Position numbers and translations under genes: made by a program. Below the pieces are notes generated by a model. The model searched no databases, was not told the origin of the DNA, and saw nothing but the letters and a program-made list of their open reading frames with translations. A stretch of 64,000 nucleotides of DNA from Verrucomicrobiales bacterium (GTDB lineage Bacteria > Verrucomicrobiota > Verrucomicrobiia > Verrucomicrobiales > SLCJ01): the NCBI GenBank assembly GCA_046075565.1, contig JBJTQJ010000119.1, positions 32,001 through 96,000 of the forward strand, read 5' to 3'. Below are positions 9,526 through 19,528 of the stretch, in pieces (within the stretch, counting starts at the first letter, position 1; the number at the start of each line of letters is the position of its first letter).

Positions 9526-10271
9526 CCGCTTCTCTGCTGCCTCCCGTCCTTGCCGTTCCCGGTGCCGTCTCCGGCCCGGCGCCACTCGCCGCCGCCCTCG
9601 AGGAAATTTTTCCCGGCCGGGAAATCCACGTGATCGACCCCCTGGCTTTTGCTGTTGGCGATGAGGTGAATTTCAGCACATGGACACGGGACTTTCTCGA
9701 CGCCATTCCGAAAGGATCGCCCGCCTTGTTATTCGGATATTCCATGGGAGCACGGCTTGCTCTCCATGCCTTGCGCGCTGATCCCTCGCGCTGGGTTTCT
9801 GCGGTCCTGGTGTCCGGTCATCCCGGTCTTGCCAATGCGGAAGAAAAAGCCGCGCGTGCTCGTGAAGATGAAACCTGGGTCCGTCGCGCGGAATCCGATC
9901 CTTGGTCCCAGTTTCTTGCCGAGTGGGAGGCCCGACCGGTCTTCCAAACCGGCATTCCACCCCGCGATTGGAAGCCAAGCCTGGCCCGGAGTTGGGAAGA
10001 AGATCGGCTCGCCCTTGAGGCCCGCCGGGCCGTCGTTGCTAGTTCGCTGCGCGCTTGGTCGCTCGGACAGCAGGGCGACTTCCATTCCTTCCTTTCCCAA
10101 TGCTCCGTGCCCATCACGTGGGTCACCGGGGCGCTCGACGAAAAATTCACCCGGCTCGGTCGCGAATTAGCCGCCACTTGCCCATGCATCACCCACACCA
10201 TCGTGCCCGGAGTCGGTCATCGGGTGCCGTGGGAAGACACAAATGGCGCTTGCCTTGGGAGTGTCTCCTGA
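9522..10271 (+). CDS. menH: Alpha/beta hydrolase, MenH (SHCHC synthase)-like
   Basis: GYSMGARLA nucleophile elbow, SGHPGL, GALDEKF, GHRVPWE; GTGA overlap with ispG. Confidence 0.7.
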   Translation: MTASLLPPVLAVPGAVSGPAPLAAALEEIFPGREIHVIDPLAFAVGDEVNFSTWTRDFLDAIPKGSPALLFGYSMGARLALHALRADPSRWVSAVLVSGHPGLANAEEKAARAREDETWVRRAESDPWSQFLAEWEARPVFQTGIPPRDWKPSLARSWEEDRLALEARRAVVASSLRAWSLGQQGDFHSFLSQCSVPITWVTGALDEKFTRLGRELAATCPCITHTIVPGVGHRVPWEDTNGACLGSVS

Positions 10272-10325
10272 ATCTCGCCGTGAACGAACCCAAAGAAGAC
10301 GTCGCTCGCATCGGCGGTGAGGAGG

Positions 10326-13277
10326 TCACTTCCACGTGCCGGTTGCTCGCATGGGAGAATGCAGCGTCACGGGGCCAAGCAGTCCGGAGGGAAGAAGGGG
10401 AGATTTGGGATTGAATTTCCCCAGGATATTGGTGCGGGTGACGCGATCCTCCGGCTTGGCATTGAGGTCACCGACGATGCGGTTGTTCCACGTGTTGACG
10501 ACGGTGATCTCAAGTTGGTTTTGACCCGGCTTCACGAACGGAGCGATGTCGATGCGGCGTGGTTCTTTCCAGAGAATCCCGGCTTGTTTGCCATTCACGG
10601 CCACCACGGCGACCTCCTTGACTGTGCCCAGATCGAGAAAAAGTGGTTCACCTTTGGCGAATGTATCGAGAGTGATTGTCCGGTGATACGTCGCGCCACT
10701 GGAGAAATACTTGACCCCGGGATTCGCATTCCGGGTCCAGTCTTCGAGCGTCTCCATGATGATGGATTCCGGAGCCCCCCGCTCCTTGGGGAATGTGATC
10801 TTCCATGGACCATCGATCCTCCGTGGTTCAGGGACATCGCGAACGACCAATGATCCCTTGCGCCCGAAGAAGGTGGTGATTTCCCATGTGCCTGTTCGCC
10901 AAGCGCGGGCGGTCAGTTGCTTGTCGTCGATGGAAAGCAATTCCAGGCGCGGAGAAGCTTTGGCCGGCGAGGAAGCTTTGATTTCCACCACATGTTCGCT
11001 CTTTTCGTCGGGACCGAAAACCACGAAGATCGAGGAGGCGGGCGCGAGGTCGAGGGTGACCCAAGTGAAGCCATCTTTGGTCTCATATGCCAGACAGGGT
11101 TTCACGCTTCCATCCTCCGCAATCCAGAAGCTGGGGACGCGGTTCACGCCCGCGCGGAAGCGACAACGCACGCTCTGGTGTTCGAGGGAGCTGTTGGATA
11201 CAAAGTAAATGTCTTCGGTTTCGGTCGCGCGGTGAATGTAGTCGATGATGTGTCCGCTATTGTCGATGCCTTCCGGCACGAAGTCGCGCTCCACACCCAT
11301 GTTCGCCAGCACTCGCCCGAGCGGGAAATTCCAGACGATTTTGCCTTTGCCATGGTTTCGGGTTTTTACCTTTTCTCCATCACAGTCTCCCCAGATCCGG
11401 TCGGCGAGTTCTCGGACTTCTTGATCGCATTCGGGATACCCGCGCAGGCTGTTCGAGCGCTCGGGTTTTGGTCCGATGATGGTGGCACCGGCTTCGATGA
11501 ACTCGCCGAGTTTCTTGAGCAAGGAAGGTGAAATGGTTTTCCTGTCGGGCAAGACCATCATGCGGTAACGAATGCCATTCGGCAGAACGAGTTTTCCATC
11601 CTCTACTGTCATGCGGGTTAGAATCACTTCCTCGTTGAGGTAGTCGTAGTCATATCCCTCGCCGAGCGAGTCGAGGTTCACCGGCTTCAGTCGCCCGCAA
11701 TGGGCGCATTTGTCATCGGGCCATTGGGACTTGATCGTCGGGGCAATCCGGCGTGCGGGGACGAGGTTGGGGGCTTCGTCGCCATAATAAACGCAGATAT
11801 CCGCCACGAATTTTCCCTGCTGCAGCAAGTGGCAGGCGCGCGACATGTCTTCGAGCATCGGTCCGGCCTGTTTCCACCAGGTGTTGTTCACGTTGAAATG
11901 TTCGCCCGCGTGGTAGGCGTTGCCAGGGAGTCCGGCGGAAGGGGGGTTGTGCGAAAACGTGTGAAAGTAAACCTGGTTGAGGCCGGCGCAGAGCGCGATG
12001 TCCAGAAGGCGTTTGTAGGCGGAGGGGCCATCCTGCCAGTTCTGCCAACCGGTGAACGATTCGGCGGCCACGAACTTCCTGTCGTAGATGTTGGCGGCGC
12101 TGGCGGCTTCCTTGGTTACCCAGTTCTTCCTATGGTTCCAGAATTCGCCCATGGGAATATCGGCCGCGCCGAGGGCCTTGAGCGGATCAACACGCGGATG
12201 ACCGCCATGCCCACCTTCGGCGAGCAATTGCAGGCCGCGTTGGTTGAGTAATTCGCGGCAGCGCGCGAAGTGGTTGTCCACCATGAGGTCGCTGACCATT
12301 TTCCTGTAGTCGTGCTCGAAGCGTGCGCTCAACTCCTTGTCGGCGACCGTCCATCCGGCGAGCACCGGCAGCCATGGCACGGGATCGTAGCCATTGCGTT
12401 TGGTGAACTCCGAGACAAAGTCCGGCGTCCAATCGATTCCAGGGCGGACCTCGTAACTGTCCAGCATCAGCCTCTTCATGGGGCCGTAGTCCTGACGACT
12501 CTCCTTGAGTTTGTCGAGGATATGGACCAAATAGGAATCGGTAGCCTCCTTGCTCAGGTGGTCGATGACCAATCCTTTGGAATTCGGGCTCGGGCAGTTG
12601 AGAAACTCGCCGGTGTTGTTGCGGACGAAGCGCAGGATGCGCCACGCTCCGGCGGGCACATCCCATTGCAACATGCCACCAGTGCTCATACTGGAATCAA
12701 GGCGAATCGGGGTTGTCGCCGAGGCGACGGTTTTCGCGGAATCGTCCGGCACGGCCAGCACCGCCACATCCTCATGGTGTTCGGTGGTTTTCTCCGGCAG
12801 GGGAAGTGGCCCGGAAAACGAGCGCGGGCCATCGACCTTCAGCTCGCTGATCAGCAAAGCCTTGCTGCCGTCCTTTGGGGTGATCCAGGTGCCGCCCGCG
12901 TTCCAACTGCTGGAAGCGAACAGGCCGAGTTCAAGTCCGAGGCGCGCGGCCTCGTCCATGGCATGATGGATGGCCTTGAGCGATTCCGGCCCGAGGAATT
13001 GCGGTCCCGCGGGGATCATGTGGTCCGGATTGATGAGGCTGCCGACATCCCAGATGATGGCGCCACGCATGCCATTGGCTTTCATTTCCTCCAGCTCGCG
13101 GGTGATCTGCTTGTGATCCACATGACCATTGAGCCATGACCACAAGCATGACGGGCGTGCCTGAAGTGGTGGGTTGCGGAATTCCTCGCGCGAGAGCTGG
13201 GCGGAGAGCGGAAGAGGCGAGAAAAGGGTGGCCGAAACCGACAGGATCGCGGCAAGTGGCAAATGAAGTGATCTCAT
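10326..13277 (-). CDS. Secreted glycoside hydrolase family 106 (alpha-L-rhamnosidase-like)
   Basis: Signal peptide; RPSCLWSWLNG, DSYE, IPMGEFW, AAESFT, C-terminal VVNTWNNR..SGLLGPV. Confidence 0.85.
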   Translation of the reverse strand: MRSLHLPLAAILSVSATLFSPLPLSAQLSREEFRNPPLQARPSCLWSWLNGHVDHKQITRELEEMKANGMRGAIIWDVGSLINPDHMIPAGPQFLGPESLKAIHHAMDEAARLGLELGLFASSSWNAGGTWITPKDGSKALLISELKVDGPRSFSGPLPLPEKTTEHHEDVAVLAVPDDSAKTVASATTPIRLDSSMSTGGMLQWDVPAGAWRILRFVRNNTGEFLNCPSPNSKGLVIDHLSKEATDSYLVHILDKLKESRQDYGPMKRLMLDSYEVRPGIDWTPDFVSEFTKRNGYDPVPWLPVLAGWTVADKELSARFEHDYRKMVSDLMVDNHFARCRELLNQRGLQLLAEGGHGGHPRVDPLKALGAADIPMGEFWNHRKNWVTKEAASAANIYDRKFVAAESFTGWQNWQDGPSAYKRLLDIALCAGLNQVYFHTFSHNPPSAGLPGNAYHAGEHFNVNNTWWKQAGPMLEDMSRACHLLQQGKFVADICVYYGDEAPNLVPARRIAPTIKSQWPDDKCAHCGRLKPVNLDSLGEGYDYDYLNEEVILTRMTVEDGKLVLPNGIRYRMMVLPDRKTISPSLLKKLGEFIEAGATIIGPKPERSNSLRGYPECDQEVRELADRIWGDCDGEKVKTRNHGKGKIVWNFPLGRVLANMGVERDFVPEGIDNSGHIIDYIHRATETEDIYFVSNSSLEHQSVRCRFRAGVNRVPSFWIAEDGSVKPCLAYETKDGFTWVTLDLAPASSIFVVFGPDEKSEHVVEIKASSPAKASPRLELLSIDDKQLTARAWRTGTWEITTFFGRKGSLVVRDVPEPRRIDGPWKITFPKERGAPESIIMETLEDWTRNANPGVKYFSSGATYHRTITLDTFAKGEPLFLDLGTVKEVAVVAVNGKQAGILWKEPRRIDIAPFVKPGQNQLEITVVNTWNNRIVGDLNAKPEDRVTRTNILGKFNPKSPLLPSGLLGPVTLHSPMRATGTWK

Positions 13278-13390
13278 GGGACGGACGCTCGGGAATACTG
13301 GAGCATCGGGAAAAATACAAGCGGGCACCGGCGATTCCTTCGCAACATCCCGGTTGCCAGCTCCGCTGATTTGGCGCTAGCCCGCGAGCC

Positions 13391-14266
13391 TCACTGCTTT
13401 TGCGGAGCATCCTCCACCGGCCACACTTTGCCCGACATCTCCCGCCAAGCCTTCATCGAGCGCCCCAGATTGCTTTTGGCATCGCCGCCAATCCCAAAAT
13501 GTTGTAGTCCGATCGGCCCCTTCCAATTGAGTTCGGCGAGTTTGGCCAGCACTTTTCCGACATCGTAAGTGCCTGTATCCAAGGGCTGGATCAACTTCTT
13601 CCAGTCTTTGCCGTCTTCATCCGCACCGTTGATCGTGACTATGGTGAGATAAGGCAGCGCCTCACGCAACCGGGCATCGAGGTCGTTGCCCTCGACCTTG
13701 AGCCAATGGCAAAGGTTGAAGGTGACGCCGAAGTTCTTGCGCTCGACCTGACGGGCCAGCCGCACGCAATGATCGAAGCGTTCGAGCCAATCGGAGAAAT
13801 GGGGATAGAGCGAAATACGAACCCCGGCCTGCGCGGCGAGATCGGCCACTTCGCGGAGAATGGGCACCGCCTTGGCATCGCCGGCGGGGTCCGAGGGCGG
13901 CTGGGCTTTGGATTTCACAAACAGCCAGATCACCGCATCCCGGTCGCGAAGTTGCTCGATGGCATTGCGGATGGCGGGGCCGATCGGCTCGGGCGAGTCG
14001 ATGTCCAGCGGCACATAGAGGGCGAACATCTTGAGCTTGTGCCTGTCGAGTGCGGCAATAACTTCGCGCAAGTCCTCCGGGCCGCGATAGGTCGGGCCGA
14101 GGCCGGCGAAGCCGAGCTCTTTGACAAGGGCGACCTGCTCTTCGGCCGTCTTGTGGGCGGCATCCCGCGTTCCGGTATCCATGGCGAAAAATTCGGGAGT
14201 GGTAGCCCGTGCCATGATGAGCGAACCAGCGAGAGCAAGGAGGGTGGCGATGACTTGTCGTTTCAT
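13391..14266 (-). CDS. Exported sugar phosphate isomerase/epimerase (xylose isomerase-like TIM barrel)
   Basis: Signal peptide; LYPH, GVTFNLCHWL, TING motifs; overlaps the stop of the upstream oxidoreductase. Confidence 0.75.
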   Translation of the reverse strand: MKRQVIATLLALAGSLIMARATTPEFFAMDTGTRDAAHKTAEEQVALVKELGFAGLGPTYRGPEDLREVIAALDRHKLKMFALYVPLDIDSPEPIGPAIRNAIEQLRDRDAVIWLFVKSKAQPPSDPAGDAKAVPILREVADLAAQAGVRISLYPHFSDWLERFDHCVRLARQVERKNFGVTFNLCHWLKVEGNDLDARLREALPYLTIVTINGADEDGKDWKKLIQPLDTGTYDVGKVLAKLAELNWKGPIGLQHFGIGGDAKSNLGRSMKAWREMSGKVWPVEDAPQKQ

Positions 14267-15531
14267 GCTTTTAGTTCAGTTAGATCCACTTCCAATTTTC
14301 TATTTTCCCTGAGCAATTTTTCCATAGTCAATGTGATGTTTCGCGCGGCGGCCTCCCGGCCGAGGATGCAAGTTAGGCAACCATCTACGGAACGGCGGAC
14401 GGTTTCGTTGGAAAAGCCACCATCAGTGACCTGTTGGTAAAACGTGGCGATGTTCCGGACCGCACCATTCTTATAAAGGTTATCGACGGGCCCTCCTTTG
14501 AATCTCAGCGGCCCGTCCCCGTGCAAATAGGCCTCTTTGTAGTAGTCCACTTGCGCGAGGTTTTTTGAACCATAAGCGACCGCCTTGATTGCGCCGGGAG
14601 TTGCGTTCGCAAGTCCTTGGCCAAAGTGGTTGTGCACCACGCCATTCGCATAGCTGAAAACAACAGAACAAACGTCGTGCGCATCTCCATTGGGATTCGG
14701 CCGCCCGATCCTCGAGTTTCCGTAGGCTTTGATCGGCCGTTCTCCAATCAGCCAGAGCGCGGCATCGATGGCATGGATATCGAAGTTGCCGATGTAGTCG
14801 CAACCAAGGGCGATGTCGTTGACCCAGACCAACCCGGTGAGGCGGCTTTCCAGGTTGGGACCTCGCGGAGGGTCGGCGAATCCCCCGCAGATCCCGGTTG
14901 ATTGGACATGTTGCAATGGACCGAACGCGGGATCGCGAACCCGTTTCACCACCTCGATATTCATTGGATCGGTGGGTATCTGATAATCCACGAGAAAGAC
15001 CTTCTTTTGTTTTGTTGCCTCCGCGGCGGCGGCCTCGATGGCGAGGCAACCGGGCACGTCCACTGCCACCGGTTTGGCCATGAATACGTGCAGTCCTGCG
15101 GCCACGGCGGCGGCGGCGTGTTCCGGGAAAAAGTAAGGCGGGGTCTCGAGCAGAACCGCTTCCACCCCGCTTTCAATGACCTTGCGAAATCCCGATAATC
15201 CGGAAAAGCAGCGTGCCTTGTCCACGCCCAGCGAAGCTCCGGCTTTTTCCGCCACGGGCTGGAAATAATCCGCGACCGCATGGAATTCATATCCACCATG
15301 TTCCTTGAAAAGATTGGCAATCCATGAACCGCGACCACCGGCACCGATTAGACCAATCTTGATTTGGCGCCGGTTGGCGGAGGAGTCCTGCGCGTGCAGC
15401 CCTCGGGCAGAAATGGCGGCGGTGGCAGTGGCGAGGAGGAAAGCCCGCCGCGAGCGTGAAGCAGTTGATGAAGCCGCTGGTGTGACTTCGTTGCCGGGCA
15501 GGCCATCGGTTGGGGCGGAAAAGGGATCCAT
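14263..15531 (-). CDS. Tat-exported Gfo/Idh/MocA oxidoreductase
   Basis: SRRAFL twin-arginine signal, IGLIGAGGRG, HVFMAKPVA, IHAID. Confidence 0.88.
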   Translation of the reverse strand: MDPFSAPTDGLPGNEVTPAASSTASRSRRAFLLATATAAISARGLHAQDSSANRRQIKIGLIGAGGRGSWIANLFKEHGGYEFHAVADYFQPVAEKAGASLGVDKARCFSGLSGFRKVIESGVEAVLLETPPYFFPEHAAAAVAAGLHVFMAKPVAVDVPGCLAIEAAAAEATKQKKVFLVDYQIPTDPMNIEVVKRVRDPAFGPLQHVQSTGICGGFADPPRGPNLESRLTGLVWVNDIALGCDYIGNFDIHAIDAALWLIGERPIKAYGNSRIGRPNPNGDAHDVCSVVFSYANGVVHNHFGQGLANATPGAIKAVAYGSKNLAQVDYYKEAYLHGDGPLRFKGGPVDNLYKNGAVRNIATFYQQVTDGGFSNETVRRSVDGCLTCILGREAAARNITLTMEKLLRENRKLEVDLTELKA

Positions 15532-15638
15532 TCTGGTAGAGGAATGATGTGGAAATGGCGGCAATCTGCAAAGCGTGCTAGACTGGCATCGTTTTAGAAA
15601 ACGCCGCCAAGTCCTACCATCTTTCCCCCGTGCCCGCC

Positions 15639-18416
15639 ATGAAGATTTCTCTCGCCTTACTGATCCTCGCAACCCACGCGTTGGTCGCCGCCGTTGAGCC
15701 CGTCGAGCTCCGTTGTGAATACCACGCCAATCCTGCCGCCATCGGAACCACTGAGCCGCGTTTCTCCTGGAAGCTCCGCTCCTCCGATCCCGAAGCCCGC
15801 GGTCTCGTGCAGACGGCCTACGAAATCGAGGTTTTGTCGGAGAACTCCGATACCAAGGGCAAACCGCTCTGGTCATCCGGCAAAGTGGAATCGAATCAAA
15901 CCGACCAGATTGTGTGGAAAGGGGAGCCGTTGGGTTCGCGTGACCGCGCCACATGGAAGGTGCGGGTATGGGATGGGAGCCAGAAGGCGCCCGCATGGAG
16001 CCAACCCGCGTCCTTCGGTGTGGGCTTGCTCGCGCCCGAAGACTGGCAGGCTCTCTGGATCAGCGCGCCCAAAGATGAATCCTTCACCACCCGTGAGAAC
16101 ATCCAGAATTTCGTCAATGACCCGAAGCGCGGCGTGCTTACCGTCACGCCAGCGAAATACCTGCGTAAGGAATTTGCCACGAAAGCAATTGCCCGCGCGA
16201 CCGTGCACGCGACCGCGTTGGGGGTCTTCACCCTCGAGATCAATGGTCAACGGGTTTCCGACGAACGACTCGCCCCCGGCTGGTCGGCTTATCAGCGCCG
16301 CATCCATTCTACGACCTATGATGTTACCAAACTGCTCAAGGAAGGCGACAATGCCATCGGTGCGACCCTGGCCGATGGCTGGTATTCCGGTTATGTTGCC
16401 TACGGCTTGCTCACCGGTCAGGAAGGACTCGTGCCGGGTCTCGATGGCCGCTATTATTATGGCATCTCTCCGGCTGTTAGAGTTCAACTCGAAATCGAGC
16501 TGGCCGACGGAGCCAGGCAAACCATCATCACGGATACGAGTTGGAAATCCTCGACCGGACCGATCACCGAGTCGGATATCCTGATGGGTGAATCCTACGA
16601 CGCCCGCAAGGAGATACCGGGCTGGTCAACTCCCGGTTTTGATGACTCCTCATGGGCCCAGGCGGTCGTGAAAACCGGTAGCCATGCCAAAGTCGAACCC
16701 CATCCCGGGGTGCCCGTGCGCACCATCGAGGAGATTTCTCCGAAGTCGGTCACCGAACACAAGCCCGGTGTCTTCATCTTCGACCTCGGGCAGAATATTT
16801 CCGGTGTTGTCCGGCTCAAGGTCAAGGGCAAAGCCGGTGACAAAGTGACGATCCGGCATGCGGAAATGCTCCACAATGATGGGCGTCTCAGCACGGAAAA
16901 CCTCCGATGTGCCCGTGCCGTCGACACCTACACTCTCAAAGGTGATCCACAGGGCGAGATCTGGACGCCGGAGTTCACCTATCATGGGTTCCAATTCGTC
17001 GAGCTGACGGGCTTTCCTGGCACACCCGACAAGGATGCCGTCACTGGAATCGTCATTCATTCGGACACTCCTTACCACGGTCACTTCGAGTGCTCGGACC
17101 CCATGCTCAATCGTCTTTACCAGAACATGGTCTGGACACAACGCGCGAACTTCTTCGAGATGCCGACCGATTGTCCGCAGCGCGATGAACGTATGGGCTG
17201 GACCGGTGACGCGCAAATTTACGTGCGTGCCGCCACCTTCAATTCCGACATCGCTTCCTTCTACACGAAATGGCTGCGCGATCTCAACGACGACCAATGG
17301 GACTACGGCGCTTATCCGGCCTATGCGCCACGTCCGCTGGCCCGCCCGAACGAACACCATGCCGCCGGCTGGATGGACGCCGGGATCATTTGCCCGTGGA
17401 CGATCTGGCAGGTCTATGGCGACACGCGTGTGATCACCGAACACTGGAAGAAGATGCAGGACTTCATGGCCTGGCGGAAACTCCGCGACCCTGAACTCGA
17501 CGGAGCGACCGACGACTGCAACTTCGGCGACTGGCTTTCCCTCGGCAATGTGAAGACGCCGATCCAGTTCATCGATTTGGCCTATCATTCTTACTGCGCC
17601 AAACTCATGGCCGAAATGGCGGAAGCCATCGGGCAGAAAAAACAAGCGGATGACTACCGCAAACACGCCGAGAAGGTCGCGAACGCTTTCCGGAAAATTT
17701 ATCTCAAGCCCGATGGTTCGCTCACCATCCACAACCAGACCGCCTATGCGATGGCCCTCTTCATGGGCATCATCCCCGAAGAGGGGAAATCCGCCGCCGC
17801 CAACCACCTTGCCAAGTTGATCAATGACAATGGAAACAAGATGACCACCGGCTTTCTCGGCACCCGCCCGCTCCTGCCCGCGCTCTCGGCCCATGGTCAT
17901 CATGATCTCGCCGGCATCCTCATGCTTCAGCGTGAGTTTCCGAGTTGGGGTTATGAGGTAGACAACGGTGCCACCACCATATGGGAACGCTGGAACTCGT
18001 ATGTCAAAGGCAAGGGCGTGCACACGCCGGAGATGAACTCATTTTCCCACTATGCCTTTGGTGCGGTTTGTGAATGGATGATGTCCGAACTCGGCGGCAT
18101 TGATCGTGCCGCTCCCGGGTTTGATCGCGCTCGCATCGCACCGCGGCCCATTGCCGGCATCACCTCCGCTTCCGCGGGTATGGAAACCCGCCATGGAAAA
18201 CTCGCCTGCTCATGGAAAATCGATGGCGACACCTTCCATGTTGAACTCACCGTGCCGCCCAATACCACCGCCGATGTCGTGCTCCCGGTGACGGGTCCCA
18301 TCCGGGAAGGCAAGGCAGACCTTGTGCTCACGAAGGGCGTGCTGGATCATAAGGAAAAGCACCTCACCATTGGCTCGGGAACCTATCGCCTGAGCGGGAA
18401 ATTCCAGCAAGAGTGA
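15639..18416 (+). CDS. Secreted alpha-L-rhamnosidase (GH78)
   Basis: PTDCPQRDERMGWTGD, FGDWL, GATTIWERW, MNSFSHYAFG. Confidence 0.95.
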   Translation: MKISLALLILATHALVAAVEPVELRCEYHANPAAIGTTEPRFSWKLRSSDPEARGLVQTAYEIEVLSENSDTKGKPLWSSGKVESNQTDQIVWKGEPLGSRDRATWKVRVWDGSQKAPAWSQPASFGVGLLAPEDWQALWISAPKDESFTTRENIQNFVNDPKRGVLTVTPAKYLRKEFATKAIARATVHATALGVFTLEINGQRVSDERLAPGWSAYQRRIHSTTYDVTKLLKEGDNAIGATLADGWYSGYVAYGLLTGQEGLVPGLDGRYYYGISPAVRVQLEIELADGARQTIITDTSWKSSTGPITESDILMGESYDARKEIPGWSTPGFDDSSWAQAVVKTGSHAKVEPHPGVPVRTIEEISPKSVTEHKPGVFIFDLGQNISGVVRLKVKGKAGDKVTIRHAEMLHNDGRLSTENLRCARAVDTYTLKGDPQGEIWTPEFTYHGFQFVELTGFPGTPDKDAVTGIVIHSDTPYHGHFECSDPMLNRLYQNMVWTQRANFFEMPTDCPQRDERMGWTGDAQIYVRAATFNSDIASFYTKWLRDLNDDQWDYGAYPAYAPRPLARPNEHHAAGWMDAGIICPWTIWQVYGDTRVITEHWKKMQDFMAWRKLRDPELDGATDDCNFGDWLSLGNVKTPIQFIDLAYHSYCAKLMAEMAEAIGQKKQADDYRKHAEKVANAFRKIYLKPDGSLTIHNQTAYAMALFMGIIPEEGKSAAANHLAKLINDNGNKMTTGFLGTRPLLPALSAHGHHDLAGILMLQREFPSWGYEVDNGATTIWERWNSYVKGKGVHTPEMNSFSHYAFGAVCEWMMSELGGIDRAAPGFDRARIAPRPIAGITSASAGMETRHGKLACSWKIDGDTFHVELTVPPNTTADVVLPVTGPIREGKADLVLTKGVLDHKEKHLTIGSGTYRLSGKFQQE

Positions 18417-18509
18417 AGCCCCATTATTCAATGCTCTATCAGCTTGGCGCATGCGACTTACCACGAGAAGTTTGAGATGTGCGGACTAGCCATCTCGCGG
18501 GGATTGCCC

Positions 18510-18560
18510 TATCCCAAAGGGATTGTGGCCCGGGCTGTGAGACAGAACCCCGTTGGGGTT
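18510..18560. repeat. REP-like short palindromes
   Basis: atcccaaagggat and aaccccgttggggtt between convergent genes. Confidence 0.5.
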
Positions 18561-18720
18561 CAATCCTTGCCTATCTCTGAGCCATCAAACGCCCTCCAGA
18601 GACCTGTCCTGTGCTATCCAGACATGACGGTCCCGGTGCGTGGAGACACAACCGGTGGCAAGAAGGCAGAGTGCGTTGAGAAGCAGGGCGAGGGATGCTC
18701 GTGCCATGGCCTCTTCGCCT

Positions 18721-19392
18721 TCACTTCTCCAGCTCGGTCATTTCGACTTTGCGGAACTCGACTTCCACGCCTTCGGCTTGGAGGGCGATTTTACCCTTGC
18801 TGGCGGTGGACTTGAAGCCGTGGTTCACGAGGGTGCCATTCACATGGACCTTGACCTCGTCGCCTTTGCATTCGATTTCCATGGTGTTCCATTCGCCCAC
18901 GGGTTTCTCCGAATCGTCGGTGAGGTTGATGATACGGCGGGCGTCTTTGGCTGTGCCACCGTAGGCCTGACCTTCTTTGCGCGGACGGCGTTTCTCCATG
19001 TCAGGCACCTCGATATTCTCGCCGATGCACCAGAAATCACCGGCGTTTTGGGACATCATCTGCACCTCAATGGATTTCGGGAACATGTTGTGGAGCACCC
19101 GCGGGGTGGAGGCGTGGACGAGGACGCCGCAATTACCTGGGCCATTCACGAAGCGGTATTCGACCACCAGTTTGTAGTCGGAGTATTCGGCATCCGTGAT
19201 GAGGTGGCCGCCTGGCTTGCCCATGCTGACGAGCTTGCCATCGCGCACAATGAACGATGGGGGCACATCCGGCTTTTTGTCCGCCTCCGGCACGTCGACG
19301 TGCCAGCCGGTCAGGTCTTTGCCATTAAATAGGCTCTTCGGTTCGGCAGTGGCTACTGCCGCCAGCAGGAAAAAAGGGATAATCGCACGCAT
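18721..19392 (-). CDS. Exported DUF1080 (3-keto-disaccharide hydrolase family) protein
   Basis: LFNGKDLTGW, GNCGVLVH, EVQM, GEWNTMEI, GKIALQAEG..VEFRKV. Confidence 0.9.
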   Translation of the reverse strand: MRAIIPFFLLAAVATAEPKSLFNGKDLTGWHVDVPEADKKPDVPPSFIVRDGKLVSMGKPGGHLITDAEYSDYKLVVEYRFVNGPGNCGVLVHASTPRVLHNMFPKSIEVQMMSQNAGDFWCIGENIEVPDMEKRRPRKEGQAYGGTAKDARRIINLTDDSEKPVGEWNTMEIECKGDEVKVHVNGTLVNHGFKSTASKGKIALQAEGVEVEFRKVEMTELEK

Positions 19393-19528
19393 GGCACCCG
19401 ATACGCCAATCCCACGCCCCCGCCAAGCGGATTTTGCCGGTTTTCCCCCATCTCATGCGGGAAAAAGCGGAAAATCCGCCCACAGATCCGGCTTGCCAGC
19501 ACTGGCGGGTGGGGTTTTCCTTAGGGCG

